Origin: Gammaproteobacteria bacterium | GTDB lineage: Bacteria; Pseudomonadota; Gammaproteobacteria; Eutrophobiales; Eutrophobiaceae | DNA length: 64,000 nucleotides | NCBI GenBank assembly: GCA_965240365.1 | Contig: OZ251218.1 | Location: 258,689 to 322,688, forward strand | Direction: 5' to 3' | Part shown: piece after piece, positions 19,535 through 29,857 of the stretch | Layout: every line of letters starts with the position of its first letter | Numbering within the stretch: position 1 is the first letter of the stretch | Position numbers and translations under genes: made by a program | Notes under the pieces: generated by a model | Told to the model about the DNA's origin: nothing | The model's database searches: none | The model's input: the letters and a program-made list of their open reading frames with translations, nothing else

Positions 19535-19590
19535 TGCTCCCCCTGCATAGTATTGGCGATCAGGTCTGATGCCTACAGCACCTTCGATAA

Positions 19591-19617
19591 TATATTATTC
19601 ATCTGGCGAATAATATA
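19591..19617. promoter_or_regulatory. candidate operator, a perfect 10-bp inverted repeat TATATTATTC-N7-GAATAATATA in the module-2 promoter region
   Basis: Read directly from the sequence, 57 bp upstream of the amidotransferase start. A second perfect palindrome, ATAATATTAT, lies at 19714-19723. Confidence 0.5.
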
Positions 19618-19763
19618 AGGCTTTTTGAGGTCGTTCTATTGGCCTTCCGCTAATCTGAAAACGACTTGAATTGAGTTTAGTAGAGGATATGGCCGCTGTC
19701 AACTTTGAGTAATATAATATTATTATCAGGAATATTAAGTTCATCCGCAAGGTCAGGCAGCGC

Positions 19764-20438
19764 TTATTCTTCCAGATTGGGCCGATAGATACAGGCCAGT
19801 AGCCGGATCGGGAGCCGGAGCAATTCCTCCGGCCCATGCGGCGCGTCCGAGTCAAAAAACAGCGAATCGCCCGGCTGCATCAAATAGGTCTCATTGCCAT
19901 GCCGGTAGATGACTTCCCCCTCCAGCAGATAGATAAATTCAACGCCGGTATGCTGAAACAGCGGAAAGACCTCGGATTGATCGGTCAAGGTGATCAGATA
20001 GGGTTCCAGTGACGCCAGCCGGTTGATATTGTGCCCGAGCAGTTGATACTGATGCCCGGCGCGCGTGCCCCGGCGTTCAATCAACAGGCCCTTGCCCGAC
20101 TTTACAAAACTGCAATCACGCTGTTCTTCATATTTTCTGAACAAGGACGTGACCGGGACATTCAACGCCCTGGCCAGGGCATACAGGGTCCCGAGCGAAG
20201 GCGCGGTCACGCCGCGCTCGATCTTCGACAACATGCCCTGCGACAGGCCGGCCTGCTTGGCCACTTCGCCGGCCGTCATCTTAAGCTGCTTGCGAAACGT
20301 GCGGATCTGCGAGCCGACAGCCATCTCCAGTTGTTTTTCCCCGGCCTCATCCGCCGCCAGATTTATAAATCCCGGGGTAGTTTCGCTGTTATAATCGTGT
20401 TTTAGGCTATTGGACATTGTGTAATTCCGTATCATCAA
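19764..20438 (-). CDS. XRE-family HTH plus cupin transcriptional regulator (PuuR-like)
   Basis: An HTH_XRE region (LKMTAGEVAKQAGLSQGMLSKIERG) followed by a C-terminal cupin fold, the PuuR architecture. The exact start is uncertain because there are several in-frame ATGs. Confidence 0.75.
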   Translation of the reverse strand: MMIRNYTMSNSLKHDYNSETTPGFINLAADEAGEKQLEMAVGSQIRTFRKQLKMTAGEVAKQAGLSQGMLSKIERGVTAPSLGTLYALARALNVPVTSLFRKYEEQRDCSFVKSGKGLLIERRGTRAGHQYQLLGHNINRLASLEPYLITLTDQSEVFPLFQHTGVEFIYLLEGEVIYRHGNETYLMQPGDSLFFDSDAPHGPEELLRLPIRLLACIYRPNLEE

Positions 20439-20582
20439 TACACGGGTTGACCGCCGCTCTGCGGCCGCGCCCCGAGTTTAGACGCCGCGCGCCGGAATAC
20501 TTATACCCATTTGGAGATATAGTGTTTCATTCTTGCGCCATCTAAACTTGATGTTTCCATCAAAGACGGGCCATGATAACCC

Positions 20583-21308
20583 ATGAAAGTGCTTGTATTT
20601 CAACATATTGCCATAGAGCATCCCGGCATCTTCCGTGACTTTCTGAGAGAAGACGGCATAGCATGGGACACCGTTGAACTGGATATGGGCGCCGCCATCC
20701 CGGAACTGGAGGATTATGCCGCGCTGATTGTCATGGGCGGGCCGATGGATGTCTGGCAAGAGCGGGAACACCCCTGGCTGATAGCTGAAAAGCAGGCCAT
20801 CCGCCGGGCCATCATGGATTTAAAGATGCCCTTCCTGGGCTTTTGCCTTGGGCATCAGCTTATGGCTGACGCGCTGGGCGGCAAAGTCGGCAAGATGAGC
20901 GAGCCGGAAGTGGGCATTCTGGAGGTTGAACTGACTTCGGCGGGTCGGGCCGCACAAATCCTTGCCGGCCTGCCCGCAACATTCAAAAGCCTGCAATGGC
21001 ACGGGGCCGAGATCTGCGAGGCGCCGCCGGACAGCCTGATACTGGCGCGCTCGCCGCTGTGCGGCATACAGGCGCTGCAATACGGCGAGTCTGCATTCAG
21101 CCTGCAATTCCATATTGAAATAATCGATTCGACCGTGGCCGATTGGGGCAAGATACCGGCCTACAAACAGGCGCTTGAACAGACACTGGGGCCGGGTTCG
21201 CTGGAAAGATTAGGGGCCGAAACGCATGAACAGATGGATGATTTTAATCACTCGGCCAGATTGATCTATGACAACTTTATCTCTGCCGTAAAAAAACGTT
21301 CGGCATGA
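20583..21308 (+). CDS. class-I glutamine amidotransferase-like protein (GATase1; candidate gamma-glutamyl-amide hydrolase, PuuD-like role)
   Basis: Nucleophile elbow GFCLGHQL and a C-terminal His-Glu pair (FHIEII). Confidence 0.75.
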   Translation: MKVLVFQHIAIEHPGIFRDFLREDGIAWDTVELDMGAAIPELEDYAALIVMGGPMDVWQEREHPWLIAEKQAIRRAIMDLKMPFLGFCLGHQLMADALGGKVGKMSEPEVGILEVELTSAGRAAQILAGLPATFKSLQWHGAEICEAPPDSLILARSPLCGIQALQYGESAFSLQFHIEIIDSTVADWGKIPAYKQALEQTLGPGSLERLGAETHEQMDDFNHSARLIYDNFISAVKKRSA

Positions 21309-21487
21309 AACCCGTCACGGCCGGCATCTTCCTGTTTATCGTTATCATACTCTGCGGCTATGTGGTTTCAAGCAGCACCGGGGTATATAAGATTGCCGGT
21401 TTCAGTCTGGGTATCCTGGCGACATTGGCCGCAATTTACCTGCACAGAAAAACCCGCAATGAGAATGGCAGTAAAGGGCATTTCTAA
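21305..21487 (+). CDS. 60-aa two-helix membrane protein between the twin amidotransferase genes
   Basis: An ATGA start/stop overlap with the upstream gene, and two hydrophobic helices (IFLFIVIILCGYVV, FSLGILATLAAIYL). Confidence 0.45.
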   Translation: MKPVTAGIFLFIVIILCGYVVSSSTGVYKIAGFSLGILATLAAIYLHRKTRNENGSKGHF

Positions 21488-21504
21488 AATCTGAATAACA
21501 GCCC

Positions 21505-22218
21505 GTGGGCCTTATGAAACCGATTTACATATTTCGGCATGAAGACTGGATTCAGGCCGGGCGGTTTACCGAAGTGCTCGACAAACAGGGCATGGATTAC
21601 AAAATCATTGCCATCGACCGGGGCGATCCGGTACCCGCGGATACTGGCGCGATGTCCGCCCTGGTCTTCCTCGGTGGGACCATGAGTGTCAATGACGGGC
21701 ATGACTGGCTGGCCGCTGAACTCAGGCTGATTCGGAAGGCCGCAGACAAGGGCCTGCCGCTCTTGGGGCATTGCCTGGGTTCACAATTAATCAGCAAGGC
21801 TCTGGGCACAACGGTGCAAACCATGCCCGAGAACGAGATCGGCTGGCATCCCATAAGAGCGGCCGCAAACAACACAAGCCGGGAATGGCTTGGTGATCTG
21901 CCGGAGCAACTCGAAGTCATGGCCTGGCACCATGACGAATTCTCACTGCCCGAGGGCGCGGTGCAACTGTTTGCCAGCCCTTACTGTCAATGCCATGCCT
22001 TCGTGCTCGATCATACCCTGGCCACGGTCGCCCATATCGAAGTAACCGTTGCCATGTTAAACGTCTGGCTCCACAAGTACGGTCACGACATAAAACCCAA
22101 CGGCGCCAGCGTGCAATCGATCGCGCAGATTCGCCATAATATGGCGGCGCGGGTTGCAAAGATGCATCAATTGACGGATCGGCTTTATCAAAAGTGGCTA
22201 CAAAATATTACCGATTAA
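21505..22218 (+). CDS. class-I glutamine amidotransferase-like protein (GATase1), second paralogue
   Basis: Nucleophile elbow GHCLGSQL and a His-Glu pair (AHIEVTV). Confidence 0.75.
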   Translation: MGLMKPIYIFRHEDWIQAGRFTEVLDKQGMDYKIIAIDRGDPVPADTGAMSALVFLGGTMSVNDGHDWLAAELRLIRKAADKGLPLLGHCLGSQLISKALGTTVQTMPENEIGWHPIRAAANNTSREWLGDLPEQLEVMAWHHDEFSLPEGAVQLFASPYCQCHAFVLDHTLATVAHIEVTVAMLNVWLHKYGHDIKPNGASVQSIAQIRHNMAARVAKMHQLTDRLYQKWLQNITD

Positions 22219-22296
22219 TTCAAAAGGCGATATCTGCCATACCGAGAATCTTTAAGTGCCAAAAACCGGCCTCTCTTCTATCCTAATCACCTGAAT

Positions 22297-23274
22297 CTAA
22301 AGTTCGTCACATAGGTTTGGCTGAGTTCGCAGGCAGAAGCGCTTGACGGATGCGAGGATTTCATCGGCTGATTTGACCCATTTGCAGGGTTTAGGGTTTT
22401 CATCATGCGCCTTGATGAACGCGGCGATGTCGGCCTCCAGTTCGGCAATAGAGCAATGAACGCCCCGTTGCAATTGTTTACGGGTCAACTCTGCAAACCA
22501 TCGCCCGACCTGATTGACCCAACTTGCCGAGGTAGGTGTGAAGTGAATATGCCAGTGCGGGCGGCGGGCGAGCCAGGCCTTGATCTTCGGTGCCTTAATG
22601 GGTGGCGTAGTTATCCATCACCAGATGCACGTCCGGCCCCTCTGGCATAGCGGCATCAAGCCTTTTCAGGAAGTCCAGAAACTCAGTCGCCCGGTGGCGC
22701 TGTTAGCATTTGCCGACCACCGCTCCTGTTGCGACATCGAGGGCGGCAAACAGCGAAGTGGTCCCATGCCGGACATAGGTGTAGGTTCTCTGCTCGGCGA
22801 CACCCGGCGCCATCGGCAAAACCGGTTGCTCGCGATCTGTCGACGAACAACGGGTCGGTGGAAAGTTTGAATGTCTCGCTCCGGTGCGGTTGAAGGCCGA
22901 AAGCGGTCCAGATTCGGCGGCCATGCAACGGGTCGACCAATGGGTGGCGTCCTTCGGAGTAGAGTTCAATGTGCGCTCGACCAACCCGGCCACCTGATCG
23001 TCTGACACCGTGCGCGGACGGTCAGACCGGTATTCGTCGGTGAGACCTTCGATTCGCTCGCGCATAAAACGCCTGCGCCATTTGCCGACCGTGTGCTCAT
23101 GCACGCCAAGCCGGGCGCCGACCTCCTTGCTTTGCAGTCCCTGCGCACAGAGCAGGAGCATCCGGTAGCGCTCTGAAAGCGAGCGCGCCGCTTTATGCCG
23201 ACAAACCTGCCCCTCCAGAAAAGCTCGCTCATCGTCGCTCAGAACAACTTCATCCGCCACACGGCCTAACATCG
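22297..23274 (-). mobile_element. IS630-family transposase pseudogene (one in-frame TAA and one 1-nt insertion frameshift)
   Basis: An N-terminal HTH region (LSDDERAFLEGQ..., KEVGARLGVHEHTVGKWRRRF) and a C-terminal DDE region ending ...KPCKWVKSADEILASVKRFC. The frame is broken at GAVVGKC* and at DNYATH*; the downstream segment resumes in the +1 frame. Confidence 0.75.
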
Positions 23275-23575
23275 TATCATCTCCCGAAAACGCTCGAAAA
23301 CAATAATACGAACTGCGGGAATGTATTACAAAAACCAATGGATTCCGGCTTTCGCCGGAATGACGGCGGGGGTGTAATCTGCGTAACCTGCCTATAGCAG
23401 GCAGGTCTGCAAATTCCCTGCCTGATTCGCCTCATAGGTATTGACCCCGGATACTGTCCTTGCCCTCTCGCCGCTGACCTGTCATCCTCGGCGGCTGATT
23501 TTAGGCCCGCCTGCCTGCTTCCTTGCGGGTGTGAAGATAAATGACGGCTTCGCAAATATTAGAGATCCCCTGAAT

Positions 23576-24742
23576 ATGATCAAGGTTGACGGCCTGCCGT
23601 ATTGGCGCTTGTCCGGTTTTTACTTTTTGTTTTTTCTGAGCCTCGGCGCCTTTATGCCGTATTGGTCTTTGTATCTCAAGTCTCTGGGTATGACGGCCGG
23701 GGCGATCGGTATATTGTCAGCCATGGTGGTCGTCACCCGAATCTTTTCCTCTTTTCTGTGGGGCTGGGTTGTGGATTACAGCGGCAAACGCCGGCAGGTG
23801 ATTCGTTGGAGCTCGCTGTTTTCGCTGTTGTCTTTCTCTTTGCTGTTGTTTTATCAGGACTTCGGCGCCCTGCTGGTGATCCTGTTTGTCTTCTCGATAT
23901 TCTGGAGCGCGGCCCTGCCGCAGATCGAGGCGGTCACGCTGTCGCATCTGGGGGAGGCCAGTGACCGCTACACGGTCGTCAGGCTGTGGGGGTCAATCGG
24001 TTTTATCGTGTCGGTATTGTTGCTGGGCCGGTTTTTTGATCAAAACCCGATCTATCTGTTGACGCCGATATTGATCCTGTCGCTGCTGTTGGTGTGGTTG
24101 CAAAGTCTGGCTATCCCGGATTTTCATTGCCCGTCAGCCGGGACAGGCGGCGTGCGGTTCAGATCAACCCTGTTAAAACCGCCCGTCATGGCCTTGCTGA
24201 CCGTGTGTTTTTTGATGCAGGCCAGTCATGGGGCGTATTACACTTTTTTTTCTATTTATCTTGAGCAATATCATTACAGCACCGGCTTTATCGGCGCGGC
24301 CTGGGCGCTGGGCGTGTTTGCCGAGGTGCTGGTCTATGTTTTTATCCATCGGGTGATCGGCCGTTTCGGCCTGCGCCGGCTGATGTTACTGGCCTTGCTG
24401 TTGACAACGCTGCGCTGGTGCTTGACCGCCGGTCTGGCGGAATACGTGGCCGTGCTGGTGTTTGCCCAATGTCTGCACGCCGCCAGTTTCGGTGTTTATC
24501 ATGCCGTTGCCATTCAGTATGTGCACCGCATATTCAAGGGCAATCATCAGGGCAGGGGGCAGGCGCTCTACAGTAGTATCAGTTTTGGCGCGGGCCCGGC
24601 CGCGGGCAGCCTGCTGAGCGGCTATCTATGGGAGATACTGGGCGCGATGCAGACTTTTGCGTTTGCGGCTTTGTTAAGCGCGGCAGGCTTTGCCATCGCC
24701 TGGTTCCGGCTGCGCGAGCCAGGGAGTCCGGGCGGGACTTAA
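23576..24742 (+). CDS. MFS transporter (12 TM segments)
   Basis: Hydrophobicity periodicity and an MFS loop motif region (VVDYSGKRRQV). The upstream part of the track ORF overlaps a repeat and is probably not translated. Confidence 0.7.
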   Translation: MIKVDGLPYWRLSGFYFLFFLSLGAFMPYWSLYLKSLGMTAGAIGILSAMVVVTRIFSSFLWGWVVDYSGKRRQVIRWSSLFSLLSFSLLLFYQDFGALLVILFVFSIFWSAALPQIEAVTLSHLGEASDRYTVVRLWGSIGFIVSVLLLGRFFDQNPIYLLTPILILSLLLVWLQSLAIPDFHCPSAGTGGVRFRSTLLKPPVMALLTVCFLMQASHGAYYTFFSIYLEQYHYSTGFIGAAWALGVFAEVLVYVFIHRVIGRFGLRRLMLLALLLTTLRWCLTAGLAEYVAVLVFAQCLHAASFGVYHAVAIQYVHRIFKGNHQGRGQALYSSISFGAGPAAGSLLSGYLWEILGAMQTFAFAALLSAAGFAIAWFRLREPGSPGGT

Positions 24743-24761
24743 TCAGAGTTGCCGGCGAAAC

Positions 24762-26204
24762 TCAGGTGCTGGTTCCGCCGACGGTCAGGTCGTCAATGCG
24801 CAGGGTGGGCTGGCCGACCCCGACCGGCACTGACTGCCCATCTTTGCCGCAGGTGCCGATGCCTGAATCGAGCGCCATGTCGTTGCCGACCATGCTGACC
24901 CGGGTCAACACATCCGGGCCATTGCCGATCAATGTGGCGCCTTTGACCGGCGCCGTAATCCTGCCGTTCTCGATCTTGTAAGCCTGGCTGGCGCTGAATA
25001 CGAATTTGCCGCTGGTAATATCAACCTGGCCGCCGCCGAATTGTTGGGCGTAAATCCCCTTGTCCACCGAGGCGATGACGGCTTCAGGCTCATGCCGGCC
25101 GCCCAGCATGTAGGTGTTGGTCATGCGCGGCATCGGCAGGTGGGCGTAGGATTCCCGGCGGCCGTTGCCGGTGGGCTTCGCGCCCAGCAACCGGGCATTG
25201 TGTTTGTCCTGCATGTAGGCCTTGAGTATGCCGCGTTCGATCAGCGTGGTGGACGCGGTCGGCGTGCCTTCATCATCAATATTGAGCGAGCCGCGGCGGT
25301 TTTCGATCGTGCCGTCATCAACTACGGTCACCTCGGGCGAGGCCACCCGCTCGCCGATGCGATCCGAAAAGGCGGAGGTTTGCTTGCGATTGAAATCGCC
25401 TTCCAGGCCGTGTCCGATCGCCTCGTGTAACAGGATCCCGGGCCAGCCGGGCCCCAATACCACCGGCATGGTTCCGGCCGGGGCCGCCTCGGCCCTGAGA
25501 TTAAGCAGGGCCTGTTCGACCGCTTCTTCCACATAGCGCATGGCCATGCCGTCAGCCAAAAAGTAATCGTAGCCAAACCGGCCGCCACCGCCGGACCCGC
25601 CCTTTTCAATGCGGCCGTCCTGCTCGACAATGATATTCACATTCAGCCTGACCAGCGGGCGCACATCGGCGCTCAAGAGGCCCTGATCATCCGCGATCAG
25701 GATGGTGGTGTGGGAGCCGGCCAGGCTGATCAGCGCCTGTTTCACCCGCGGGTCCTTGTCGCGGGCCGCCCGATCCAGCCGTTTCAGCAGATCGACCTTC
25801 TCTTCAGTGCTGATGGCGTTCAGCGGATTGTGGTCCGAATAGAGCAGCGGCGTGTCGGTCTTGCGCCAGGCTTGCAGGCGGCCGTTGTCGCCATGACTGG
25901 CGATTGAACGCGCGGCATTCGCCGCCTGGGTCAGCGCCGGCAGCATGATTTCATCGGAATAGGCGAAGCCGGTCTTTTCACCGCTGATGGCGCGCACCCC
26001 AACGCCCTGATCAATGCTGTGTGAACCTTCACGGACGATGCCGCCTTCCAGCACCCAGGACTCGGAATGCGCCGACTGAAAGTAAAGATCGGCCTGATCG
26101 ATAGAGGGCAGCATGATTCGGTCGAGCGTGTTTTGCAGATCGTTGAGTTCAAGACCGCGTTCGTTTAATAACAGATTTTGCGCAACGTTGAGTGCCTGGG
26201 TCAT
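24762..26204 (-). CDS. tldD: metalloprotease TldD
   Basis: TldD/PmbA family conservation throughout ([12 protein letters not shown] and a glycine-rich C-terminus); 480 aa is the TldD size. Confidence 0.85.
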   Translation of the reverse strand: MTQALNVAQNLLLNERGLELNDLQNTLDRIMLPSIDQADLYFQSAHSESWVLEGGIVREGSHSIDQGVGVRAISGEKTGFAYSDEIMLPALTQAANAARSIASHGDNGRLQAWRKTDTPLLYSDHNPLNAISTEEKVDLLKRLDRAARDKDPRVKQALISLAGSHTTILIADDQGLLSADVRPLVRLNVNIIVEQDGRIEKGGSGGGGRFGYDYFLADGMAMRYVEEAVEQALLNLRAEAAPAGTMPVVLGPGWPGILLHEAIGHGLEGDFNRKQTSAFSDRIGERVASPEVTVVDDGTIENRRGSLNIDDEGTPTASTTLIERGILKAYMQDKHNARLLGAKPTGNGRRESYAHLPMPRMTNTYMLGGRHEPEAVIASVDKGIYAQQFGGGQVDITSGKFVFSASQAYKIENGRITAPVKGATLIGNGPDVLTRVSMVGNDMALDSGIGTCGKDGQSVPVGVGQPTLRIDDLTVGGTST

Positions 26205-26243
26205 TTTTTTATACCTGTATTTTATGTCTGTCTTGCCGGAGAT

Positions 26244-27062
26244 TTATAAATTCATTTTGATATGCGTTATAGCAGGGAACAGGGCGCGCAGCCGGGCCTG
26301 TTTTGCAAGGTCGATCTCGGCCGTGACGACGCCTTCGCCCTTGTCCAGTCTGGCCAGTATCCTGCCCCAGGGGTCGATGATCATGCTGTGCCCCCAGGTT
26401 TCCCTGCCATTCGCGTGCTTTCCTCCCTGGTTGGAGGCGATCACATAACACAAGTTCTCAATGGCGCGGGCTTTAAGCAATATTTCCCAGTGGGCCTCGC
26501 CGGTCTTGGCGGTAAAGGCAGACGGCGCCGCTATGATCTGGACATTATCCCGGTGCATTTTCCGGTAGAGTTCCGCAAAGCGCAGGTCATAACAAATGGA
26601 GAGGCCGATATTGCCGACGCCGGTTGCGGCCACAACCACATCCCGGCCGGGCGTGAAACAGTCGGACTCCCGGTAGGCGTCCTTGCCGCTTTCATCTATC
26701 TGCACATCAAATAAATGTATCTTGCGGTAATGGGCGCTGCATTCTCCAGCGGGATTATAAAGCAGGCTGGCCGCATAGACCTTGCCGGCCTTATCCGAAC
26801 ACAGGGGAATGGTGCCGCCCAGGAGCCAGAGCCGGTGCTTTCGGGCCTGTGCGGCGAGGAAGCTCTGCAAGCGGCCGGCGCCAAACGGCTCGCCAAGCGC
26901 GCGGGTTTCCTTATCCCGTTTTGTCATCAGCGGGAAATTCTCGGGCAGGCTGATGAATGCCGCTTTTTTCAAGGCGGCTTCGGCGATCAGCCTTTCGGCA
27001 GTGGCAAGGTTTTCGGCAACGGTATCGCTGGATACCATCTGGATGGCGGCGACTATGGACAT
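26244..27062 (-). CDS. carbon-nitrogen hydrolase family protein (nitrilase/amidase superfamily)
   Basis: CN-hydrolase catalytic Glu-Lys-Cys context (ISLPENF, HYRKIHLFD, GLSICYDLRFAELY). Confidence 0.8.
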   Translation of the reverse strand: MSIVAAIQMVSSDTVAENLATAERLIAEAALKKAAFISLPENFPLMTKRDKETRALGEPFGAGRLQSFLAAQARKHRLWLLGGTIPLCSDKAGKVYAASLLYNPAGECSAHYRKIHLFDVQIDESGKDAYRESDCFTPGRDVVVAATGVGNIGLSICYDLRFAELYRKMHRDNVQIIAAPSAFTAKTGEAHWEILLKARAIENLCYVIASNQGGKHANGRETWGHSMIIDPWGRILARLDKGEGVVTAEIDLAKQARLRALFPAITHIKMNL

Positions 27063-27249
27063 GGGCGGGATTATACTTGAGATTCATAGAAACACTAAAA
27101 GGGAAACGCTAAAGCGGCAGCCTGCATCAATGCCCGCGCGCTGCTTTTCAAAAGTGCCCCCGATTGCGGGCGGTTTAATCAAGGCTGTATCGTTGTGCGG
27201 CGATACCATATAATCACGGCTTTTTTGACCACCTTTTGAGATTCTCAAA

Positions 27250-28449
27250 TTGAACCAGGAATTTGCGCGCATCGGCCGTTTGCCGCCTTATGTCTTCAAT
27301 ATTGTCAATGAGTTGAAGATGGCCGCGCGGCGGCGCGGCGAGGATATTATCGACTTCGGTATGGGCAACCCCGACCAGCCGACACCGGCGCATATTGTTG
27401 ACAAACTGGTAGAGGTCTCCCGACGGGATGATACGCATCGCTATTCGATCTCGCGCGGTATTCCGCGCCTGCGGCGGGCGATCTGCAACTGGTACAAGTC
27501 CCGCTATGATGTTGACCTGGACCCGGATTCCGAGGCCATCGTGACGCTCGGCTCCAAAGAGGGGCTGGCGCATCTGGCGCTGGCCGTTATTGAACGGGGC
27601 GACGCGGTGCTGACGCCAAACCCGGCCTATCCGATTCATCCCTTCGGTTTTGTCATTGCCGGCGCCGATGTGAGGCATGTGCCGATCGGGCCGGATATTG
27701 ATTTCTTCCAGGAACTGCAAAAGGCGATCCGGGATTGCTGGCCAAAACCCAAGCTGCTGTTGATCAATTTTCCGGGCAACCCGACCGGGCAGTGCGTTGA
27801 TCTGGCATTCTTCAGCCGGATCATCGAGATTGCCAGGGAGCATAAGCTCTGGGTGGTGCAGGATCTGGCCTATGCGGATATTGTCTTTGACGGCTACCGC
27901 GCGCCGTCAATATTGCAAGTGCCGGGGGCGAAGGAGTTTGCCGTCGAGTTTTTCTCGCTGTCGAAGAGTTATAACATGCCGGGCTGGCGGGTCGGCTTCA
28001 TGGCCGGGAATCCAACCCTGGTGCATGCGCTGACACGGATCAAATCTTATCTGGACTACGGCATGTTTACCCCGATCCAGGTCGCCGCGATTACGGCGCT
28101 GGAGGACGATCAGCGCTGTGTCGCCGAGATTCGTGACAAGTATTGCAGACGCCGCAATATTCTGTGTGACGGTTTGAACGCCGCCGGCTGGGAAGTGGAA
28201 CGGCCACGGGCGACCATGTTTGTCTGGGCGCCGATCCCGGAACCCTGGCGTGGCATGGGCTCGCTGGAATTCTCAAAAAAGCTGCTGCTTGAGGCAAAAG
28301 TGGCCACCTCGCCCGGCATCGGCTTTGGCAGTTATGGCGATCATTATGTGCGTTTTGCCCTGATCGAAAATGAACATCGCACCCGCCAGGCATTAAGGAA
28401 TATCCGCGCCCTGTTGCGCGCGGAGCCCCCGCGCGTGAACACGGCCTGA
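27250..28449 (+). CDS. alaC: PLP-dependent aminotransferase class I/II (AlaC-like glutamate-pyruvate aminotransferase)
   Basis: Aminotransferase fold-type I motifs, with the PLP-binding lysine in [14 protein letters not shown]. Confidence 0.75.
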   Translation: MNQEFARIGRLPPYVFNIVNELKMAARRRGEDIIDFGMGNPDQPTPAHIVDKLVEVSRRDDTHRYSISRGIPRLRRAICNWYKSRYDVDLDPDSEAIVTLGSKEGLAHLALAVIERGDAVLTPNPAYPIHPFGFVIAGADVRHVPIGPDIDFFQELQKAIRDCWPKPKLLLINFPGNPTGQCVDLAFFSRIIEIAREHKLWVVQDLAYADIVFDGYRAPSILQVPGAKEFAVEFFSLSKSYNMPGWRVGFMAGNPTLVHALTRIKSYLDYGMFTPIQVAAITALEDDQRCVAEIRDKYCRRRNILCDGLNAAGWEVERPRATMFVWAPIPEPWRGMGSLEFSKKLLLEAKVATSPGIGFGSYGDHYVRFALIENEHRTRQALRNIRALLRAEPPRVNTA

Positions 28450-28536
28450 ACCCGCGGCCGGATTATGAAACTCCTGATTCAGTCAGCGCGTTTTCTTTTA
28501 TTATTTTAATCGTTCTTATAAACCGACAAATACATT

Positions 28537-29850
28537 ATGGAACCTGTAAAGATAGGCTTACTGGGACTCGGCACGGTGGGCGGCGGCACCGTCAATGTGC
28601 TCGCCCAAAATGCCGATGAAATCGCGCGCCGCGCCGGGCGCGGCATCCGCATCACGCATGCCGCGGCGCGGGAATATGACGCCGATCGGATTGAGGGACT
28701 GGACCGGATCGAAACGCTTTCAGACGACGCCTTTGCCGTGGTCAACGACCCGGCCGTGGAGATCGTCATTGAACTCATCGGCGGCTGTTCGCCGGCGCGC
28801 GAACTGGTGTTGCGGGCGATTGAGAACGGCAAGCATGTGGTGACCGCCAACAAGGCCCTGATCGCGTTGCATGGCAATCAAATCTTTGCCGCGGCCGAGG
28901 CGCGGGGGGTCATGGTCGCATTCGAGGCGGCCGTTGGTGGCGGCATCCCGATCATAAAGGCGCTGCGGGAAGGTCTGGCCGCCAACCGGATCGAATGGAT
29001 TGCCGGCATTATCAATGGCACCGGCAACTACATTCTGAGCGAAATGCGCGATATGGGCCATGATTTTGCCGCGGCCTTGGAGGAGGCGCAGGCGCTCGGT
29101 TATGCCGAGGCGGATCCGGGCTTTGATGTCGAGGGCACGGATGCGGCCCACAAACTGACCATCCTGGCCGCCATCGCCTTCGGTATGCCCTTGCAGTTTG
29201 ACCAGACCTACACCGAGGGGATCACCCGGATTGAATTACAGGATGTGGCCTACGCCGGCGAACTGGGCTATCGCATTAAACACTTGGGCATCGCGCGCCG
29301 CGGCCGGGACGGCATCGAGCAGCGCGTCCACCCGACCCTGATCCCGGAACGCCGTTTGCTGGCCAATGTCAATGGCGTGATGAACGCGGTGCTGATCAAC
29401 AGCAATGCGCTTGGGCCGACGCTTTATTACGGCGCCGGGGCCGGTTCCGAACCCACGGCCTCGGCGGTGCTGGCCGATGTCGTTGACGTGGCGCGCGCCT
29501 TAACCGGCGCGCCCGAAAACCGGGCGCCGCACCTTGCCTTTCAGGCGGATGCCCTGATCGATCTTGATATTCTGCCGATAAGCGAGATCGAAACGGCCTA
29601 TTACCTTAGAATGAACGCGCTGGACAAGCCCGGCGTGCTGGCGGATGTGACCCGCATCCTCGCCGATTTCGGGATCAGCATTGAAGCCATATTGCAGAAA
29701 GAGCCGGCGCCCGCGGCCAATTACGTGCCGATCATCTTGCTGACCCAGCGCACCAAAGAGAAAAACATGAATGCCGCGCTGGACGGGATCGAACAACTGG
29801 CCGCGATCGAGGGCCGGGTCATGCGCATTCGCATGGAAACACTGGAATAA
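28537..29850 (+). CDS. hom: homoserine dehydrogenase with C-terminal ACT domain
   Basis: N-terminal NAD(P)-binding motif [11 protein letters not shown], conserved catalytic region, and a C-terminal ACT domain. Confidence 0.9.
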   Translation: MEPVKIGLLGLGTVGGGTVNVLAQNADEIARRAGRGIRITHAAAREYDADRIEGLDRIETLSDDAFAVVNDPAVEIVIELIGGCSPARELVLRAIENGKHVVTANKALIALHGNQIFAAAEARGVMVAFEAAVGGGIPIIKALREGLAANRIEWIAGIINGTGNYILSEMRDMGHDFAAALEEAQALGYAEADPGFDVEGTDAAHKLTILAAIAFGMPLQFDQTYTEGITRIELQDVAYAGELGYRIKHLGIARRGRDGIEQRVHPTLIPERRLLANVNGVMNAVLINSNALGPTLYYGAGAGSEPTASAVLADVVDVARALTGAPENRAPHLAFQADALIDLDILPISEIETAYYLRMNALDKPGVLADVTRILADFGISIEAILQKEPAPAANYVPIILLTQRTKEKNMNAALDGIEQLAAIEGRVMRIRMETLE

Positions 29851-29857
29851 CAATTTA

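Noticed and set aside
22405-22870. Two plus-strand ORFs of 81 and 96 aa inside the IS630 region
   Set aside because: They are artefacts of the broken transposase frame on the opposite strand.
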